DNA of 64,000 nucleotides from Candidatus Latescibacterota bacterium (GTDB lineage Bacteria; Latescibacterota; UBA2968; UBA8231): NCBI GenBank assembly GCA_965204725.1, contig OZ242005.1, positions 2,080,001 to 2,144,000 of the forward strand, read 5' to 3'. Shown piece by piece: positions 59,351 to 64,000 of this stretch (position 1 is its first letter; each line of letters starts with the position of its first letter). The notes under the pieces were generated by a model. It saw only the letters and a program-made list of their open reading frames with translations, ran no database searches and was not told where the DNA came from. The position numbers and the translations under genes were made by a program.

Positions 59351-60744
59351 CTGCCTATCGATTGGCCTTAGCCGCCCTCGGCTGCTGGGCGAGCGCCCTC
59401 TGCGCCGAGGAGTGGGACCTAACGACCTGTCAGCGCGCTGCCGGCCAGCACAGCCCGGTGATCGAGGCGGCGCGCGCCCGCTGGAACAAGATGCAGGCGC
59501 GCACCCGCCTCGACGTGGCCGAGCAGCTGCCGGACATCGGCCTCGCGGCCCAGTACGAGCGCAGCGAATTAGCCGACGCGAGCGAGCCGGAGGCCGACCA
59601 ACGCGAGCTTTTCTTGGAAGCCCGGCAAGAGCTCTTGCGCTACGGAGCCACCACCCCAACGCGCTTTGCCGCCCAGCACCGCGAGCAGGCGGAAAAGGCG
59701 CGCTACCGCGAGGCCATCATCGACGTGGATAGCCAAGTGCGCCAAGCGTATTACCGCCTGCTGCTGACACGCGACGAAATCGCCAACCGCGACGAGTTGC
59801 TCGCTTACTTCCGCGCCAAAATGGACCGGGTGCAAACGCGCCTCAACGCTGGCTTGGCCCGGCCGGTGGAGCTGTACGAGGCCGAGCTCGAAGTGCTAGA
59901 GGAGCAGTCGCGGATCAACAACCTCCAGCGCACGCTGCGCGCCCTGCATCTCAAGCTCTTCACCGAGATCGGCCTCGTGGGCAAACGCTCGCTCCGCGCC
60001 CTTGAGATCGTCGGCCCGCCCTACGAGCAACTCCAGCTACTCGACCCCGGCGAAGCGGACCTGCCCGGCCTGATTGAGGAAGCCCGCGCCAACCGACCGC
60101 AACTGGACGAACTCGTCTGGCAAATCGGCCAGCAGCAGCGGCAGGCCCGCAGCGTGTTGTGGCAATGGGGACCCCACGTCGGCCTGCAACTGACCAAGGA
60201 CTTCCAAGATGCCGACCTCGGCTTGGACTGGAGCGGCAACGGCCAGACTTGGAAGCTGGTGGGGTCGGGTCGCCGGTCGCTGGCCAGCCGGGGTTTGCCC
60301 CCCGAGCTGGACGCGGGCGAGGGCTGGCGGGTGATGGCCAACGTGTCGCTGCCCCTGTTCCAAGGGGGTCGGCGGCTGGCCCAGCGCGCCGAGGAGAACG
60401 CGCGGCTCCGCGAGTTGCACCAAAACCGCGACGAGACCCGCCACTTGATCGAACTCGAAGTGGTCGAGGCGTTTTACGACTTGAAGAGCCGGCAGGAAAA
60501 CACCCAGATTCTGCGCCGCCGCGCCGATGTGGCCCGCCAGCGGCTAGACACGGTCGAAGAGCTGTTTGAAAACGCCATGGGCAACCTCAACTTCGACGAC
60601 ATCCGCCGCCAGCGGGTCGCCATCAACCTAGCCGAGCAGAGCTACTTTGCCGAGCGCTTGGCTTACATCCTCGCGGCCGAAAAGCTGCGGCGGATACTGG
60701 GCCGAGCGCTCAACAGTGAGTTTTACCAAACCCGTGATCAGTGA
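59347..60744 (+). CDS. TolC-family outer membrane efflux protein
   Basis: Signal peptide MTAYRLAL, two helical OEP-like repeats, VRQAYY.L, NRPQL, VSLPLFQGG, VVEAFY.L. Confidence 0.8.
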   Translation: MTAYRLALAALGCWASALCAEEWDLTTCQRAAGQHSPVIEAARARWNKMQARTRLDVAEQLPDIGLAAQYERSELADASEPEADQRELFLEARQELLRYGATTPTRFAAQHREQAEKARYREAIIDVDSQVRQAYYRLLLTRDEIANRDELLAYFRAKMDRVQTRLNAGLARPVELYEAELEVLEEQSRINNLQRTLRALHLKLFTEIGLVGKRSLRALEIVGPPYEQLQLLDPGEADLPGLIEEARANRPQLDELVWQIGQQQRQARSVLWQWGPHVGLQLTKDFQDADLGLDWSGNGQTWKLVGSGRRSLASRGLPPELDAGEGWRVMANVSLPLFQGGRRLAQRAEENARLRELHQNRDETRHLIELEVVEAFYDLKSRQENTQILRRRADVARQRLDTVEELFENAMGNLNFDDIRRQRVAINLAEQSYFAERLAYILAAEKLRRILGRALNSEFYQTRDQ

Positions 60745-60785
60745 TCGCTGACCACAAACCACAACCACGAAGAAAGGATCGCCTC

Positions 60786-61508
60786 ATGTTGGAGATCATC
60801 GGACTTTCCAAGCACTACGGTGACGTCAAAGCAGTCACCGACCTCAACCTGACCGTCGAAGAAGGGGAGATCTTCACCATGCTCGGCGCCAACGGCGCCG
60901 GCAAGACCACCACCTTGATGGTCGCGTTGGGCTTCACCGAACCCACCAAGGGGACGGTCAAGCTGTGCGGCATCGACATCACCGAGCAGCCCTTAGAGGC
61001 CAAGAAGTACGTGGCTTACGTCTCGGAAAACGTCATGCTCTACGGCAACTTCAGCGCACGGCAAAACTTGGACTTCTTCACCCGCCTGAGCGGCCAGCCG
61101 CCCCAAGAAGCCGCCCAGTACGACCAGATCATGGCGCGGGTGGGGCTGCAACCGGAGGCGTTTGACCGCCGGGTCAAGGCGTTTTCCAAGGGGATGCGGC
61201 AGAAGCTGGGCATTGCCATTGCCATTGCCAAGGACGCCCGCATCGTGCTGCTCGACGAGCCGACCTCCGGCCTCGATCCCAAGTCCGGGGCCGAGTTCTT
61301 GGAGTTGTTGGATCAGTTGCGCGACGAGGGCAAGGCCATCTGGATGACGACCCACGACGTGTTCCGGGCGCGGGTGATCGCCGACCGGCTCGGCATCATG
61401 GTCGAGGGGCATCTGGTCAAGACGCTCAGCCGCACCGAATTCCAAGAGGCCGACTTGGAGCGGCTCTACGTCGAGTACGTGGAGCAGCCCGTCGCGCCAG
61501 CGGCCTAG
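60786..61508 (+). CDS. ABC transporter ATP-binding protein
   Basis: GANGAGKTT, FSKGMRQK, LLDEPTSGLDP, TTH. Confidence 0.93.
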   Translation: MLEIIGLSKHYGDVKAVTDLNLTVEEGEIFTMLGANGAGKTTTLMVALGFTEPTKGTVKLCGIDITEQPLEAKKYVAYVSENVMLYGNFSARQNLDFFTRLSGQPPQEAAQYDQIMARVGLQPEAFDRRVKAFSKGMRQKLGIAIAIAKDARIVLLDEPTSGLDPKSGAEFLELLDQLRDEGKAIWMTTHDVFRARVIADRLGIMVEGHLVKTLSRTEFQEADLERLYVEYVEQPVAPAA

Positions 61509-61606
61509 GGACGCAGGAGGTGTGTAGCTCACAACCTTCGTTGGGCTACACACCTTCCATTTTGCCTTGAGTCATCGAGGCTCACTTGCGAGGGAGGCAT
61601 GTCATC

Positions 61607-62080
61607 ATGGAAACCACGGCCCTGGATTCAATACACCAAAAGCGCATATACGGATTGGCGTACCAGTATATGGCCAACCGCGAGGATGCCGAGGATGTCG
61701 TCCAAGAGGTTATGCTCCGCCTGTGGAACCACAGTTCCGGTCTTACCGGCGAAGAGCAGGAGGCTTGGATAGGTCGGGTGACGCGCAACGTCTGTTTGGA
61801 CGCCTTGCGGCGGCGGAAAAGCTACCGCTCGGCCGTCGGTACTCGGGCGGGCGAACTAGCCGTGCAGAACGCCCCGGAGATCGAGGGGGACTTGCTCCAG
61901 CACCTCGGCATCGAGGAAGCCCTCAACCGATTGGCGGAGCCCTATCAAACCGTTATCCTGCTGCGGTATTTTAAGGGGCTATCTTGCAAAGAGATTGGTC
62001 GGCGGCTAGGGATGCCCCCCAATACGGTCAGAGTATATCTCAGCCGCGGACAGAAACGCCTGCGGGACCTTTTGGAGTAG
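61607..62080 (+). CDS. ECF RNA polymerase sigma factor
   Basis: DAEDVVQEV..RLW, WI.RV.RN.CLD..RRR, L.YF.GLS.KEI...LG.P.NTV...L.RG. Confidence 0.88.
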   Translation: METTALDSIHQKRIYGLAYQYMANREDAEDVVQEVMLRLWNHSSGLTGEEQEAWIGRVTRNVCLDALRRRKSYRSAVGTRAGELAVQNAPEIEGDLLQHLGIEEALNRLAEPYQTVILLRYFKGLSCKEIGRRLGMPPNTVRVYLSRGQKRLRDLLE

Positions 62081-62122
62081 ATAGATCGACGCGTTCTACT
62101 TTCTACTCATTTTTTAGTTTTT

Positions 62123-62150
62123 TGTAACATTTCTCTAACGGCATACGTTA
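62123..62150 (+). promoter_or_regulatory. ECF-type promoter
   Basis: TGTAAC-N17-CGTTA in the AT-rich gap just after the ECF gene. Confidence 0.6.
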
Positions 62151-62204
62151 TTACTTATGAGAAGCGTTCTTAAACAATGCGAACATCATGCAAGGAGACT
62201 TGCG

Positions 62205-62414
62205 ATGAAAACGCTAACGCTCTTGTGCAGTGCGCTTATTATCATACCCGCGCCCAGTCAAGCCCGCGAAGGGGGCTATGGTGGCTTTAGCAAAGAAAAT
62301 ATACAGGAGTTTTACGACTACATACACGGCCAAGACATAATTGAAGTACAGGCAGGTAAGGAAAGTGGTGAGCCTTGGGATCGCCCACTTTCTTCTCCTA
62401 GATATCACAGCTAA
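62205..62414 (+). pseudogene. Truncated family-X paralogue 10
   Basis: AAGGAG RBS, signal peptide, YGGFS...QEFYDYIHGQDIIEVQAG; homology is then lost and an early stop follows. Confidence 0.75.
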
Positions 62415-62463
62415 CCAGTGCATCCTGATAACGCTGGTTTACCTTTCCCAATAGGAGCCGATT

Positions 62464-63378
62464 ATGCCTCTGATAATACTACTATTGGTAGCCTATCCGA
62501 CAGGTGCTCAATTGCCCTCGGAGGTGGTACTAGAGCCGGTTTATAGCGGCCAAAATAGCACACACTCGATCTCGTTCAAACCCGCCGCCGACATCGAGAT
62601 AGAAAACGTACGTGCGGGCTGCGGCTGCACCGGAGTCGAATTCCCCACGGGTGTGCTAAAAGCCGATGAAGAATACCATTTGAAGGTCGATGTAAATACG
62701 GCGGAACTTTCTGGCTCCTTTAAGAGCCACGTTGCGGTCAAAATCGCCGGCGAAGAGTCGCCGTGGAACCTGAGCCTCCAAGTACAGGCCGTGCCACCCT
62801 TTCCCGCCGAAATAGATTTTGGAGAAATAGACCTCATTACCTTGCCTTTAGAGCACCACCTATCGCTTGCCCAGATCGCCGACCAGCCGCTCGTGATAGA
62901 CTCGGTAGTGGTGCAGGGCGAAGGCGTCGTAGCATATCCTACTGATGCGGGTACAGGGCTGCTGCTTAGGACAGACGAGGCGTTGACTTGGGGCAGCCGA
63001 GTTGACGGCCTAGTCGAAGTCCACTTGGCAGGAAACGACCATACACTACAGCAGACCGTGCATGTCGAGGGAAAGGTTATAGAGCGGTTCCAAGTAGATC
63101 CATCCGCTCTTTCTTTTGGCATGGGCAAGCCTCACCGACGTCAAACAAAAACGGTCGCAGTACGTGTTGCACCCGATGCGGCGCAGGCTCCGGTCCGGGT
63201 TCAATCGAAGTGCCCAGCACCCACATTCGCTTTTGATTGGCTTTGGGAGACGGACCGGCGGCTAGTCGTCGAGATGCACAACGAAAGCGACTTCCCGATG
63301 GGCCAGACCGATTGCGAAATTATCGTCCACATTGGGGACAACCCAGTAGCGATCCCCATATTCGCCTTGACTCGATAG
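62464..63378 (+). CDS. Exported DUF1573-like multi-Ig-domain protein, copy 2
   Basis: IENVRAGCGCTGVEFP; ends IPIFALTR like copy 1 (IPVLALTR). Confidence 0.72.
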   Translation: MPLIILLLVAYPTGAQLPSEVVLEPVYSGQNSTHSISFKPAADIEIENVRAGCGCTGVEFPTGVLKADEEYHLKVDVNTAELSGSFKSHVAVKIAGEESPWNLSLQVQAVPPFPAEIDFGEIDLITLPLEHHLSLAQIADQPLVIDSVVVQGEGVVAYPTDAGTGLLLRTDEALTWGSRVDGLVEVHLAGNDHTLQQTVHVEGKVIERFQVDPSALSFGMGKPHRRQTKTVAVRVAPDAAQAPVRVQSKCPAPTFAFDWLWETDRRLVVEMHNESDFPMGQTDCEIIVHIGDNPVAIPIFALTR

Positions 63379-63414
63379 GTCAGGCCGAACTGCGAGCAAA
63401 CAAGCTGAGGGTAT

Positions 63415-64000
63415 ATGCTACATTCTATCATAACAAAACTTTCTGAGCGATTGCTATTTTGGGATCGTTGGCTCCATCGGTGGACAGAACTGGACCAACT
63501 GGCGCGAGACCAACGGACGATCCTCGTCTTTTTCCACGGGTATAGCTTAGCACACACCCTCCGACCGCTCGTACTCGCACGTGCGCTGCGAGAGCGAGGG
63601 TATTCGGTCGAGTGCGCCGGACGCGGCCCCCATATTGAGCGAATCGCTAGGGAGGGGTTCCCCATCCACGACGTCGAGACCTTGCCGCAGGAACGGATGG
63701 ATGCTTATGTCGCCCAAGGCGAATACGGCTATTACGACCTAGCGTGGATTGATCGCTGCGTCCAGTCGGAGCGAGACTTAATCCAAGCTATCGAACCGGC
63801 CTTAGTAATCCAAGATATGAAGCCGACCCTCTCCATAGCGGCTCAACTCGAAGGGGTTGACGAGGCCGTTGTGACCCAAGCGTATAACCAGCCAAGCTAT
63901 CCTTTTCCCATACGTCTGATGGAGTCGTTCAGCACCGACCCGGGGCCATTTAGTGCCTATCTCAAGCGCAAGGCGCGTGAGGTGAAACCCCGAAAAAAAC
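63415..64000 (+). CDS. GT-B glycosyltransferase, intact N-terminus of the 33174 paralogue (runs off the window)
   Basis: Not in the ORF track; translated by hand: MLHSIITK...ILVFFHGYSLAHTLRPLVLARALRERGYSVECAG...EPALVIQDMKP, open to the window end. Confidence 0.85.
   Translation, partial: MLHSIITKLSERLLFWDRWLHRWTELDQLARDQRTILVFFHGYSLAHTLRPLVLARALRERGYSVECAGRGPHIERIAREGFPIHDVETLPQERMDAYVAQGEYGYYDLAWIDRCVQSERDLIQAIEPALVIQDMKPTLSIAAQLEGVDEAVVTQAYNQPSYPFPIRLMESFSTDPGPFSAYLKRKAREVKPRKK

Overview
This GC-rich bacterial window has three parts. (1) 1-13.7 kb looks like a defence/accessory island. A minus-strand operon encodes a Upf1/DNA2-like SF1 helicase, two uncharacterised proteins and a TerY-P triad (vWA, PP2C phosphatase, Ser/Thr kinase cut by the left edge). 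An XPB-like helicase/DUF790 nuclease pair and a DUF2335 pair follow. (2) 13.9-26.6 kb holds housekeeping genes (CCA-adding enzyme, class A PBP, two PLP enzymes, lpdA, rnhA) and ends in a sensor kinase plus a sigma54 (NtrC-type) activator. (3) 26.7-64 kb is a co-oriented cluster of more than 37 kb built from duplicated modules. It contains six copies of a ~200-bp sigma54 promoter/enhancer element, two small Sec-type six-cysteine peptide genes (one frameshifted in a G run), and nine full plus one truncated paralogues of an unknown exported ~270-aa protein. It also has nine ABC-2 permeases in two subfamilies with hypervariable extracytoplasmic loops, a single ABC ATPase, TolC, a NEW3-domain protein, two DUF1573-like proteins, a TPR protein, glycosyltransferases (one fused to a transglutaminase-like domain), an ECF sigma factor and an IS5-family element. 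Part 3 is the best candidate for an undescribed system, a diversified Cys-rich peptide maturation/export/recognition locus. All family calls come from motif recognition by eye, with no database searches.
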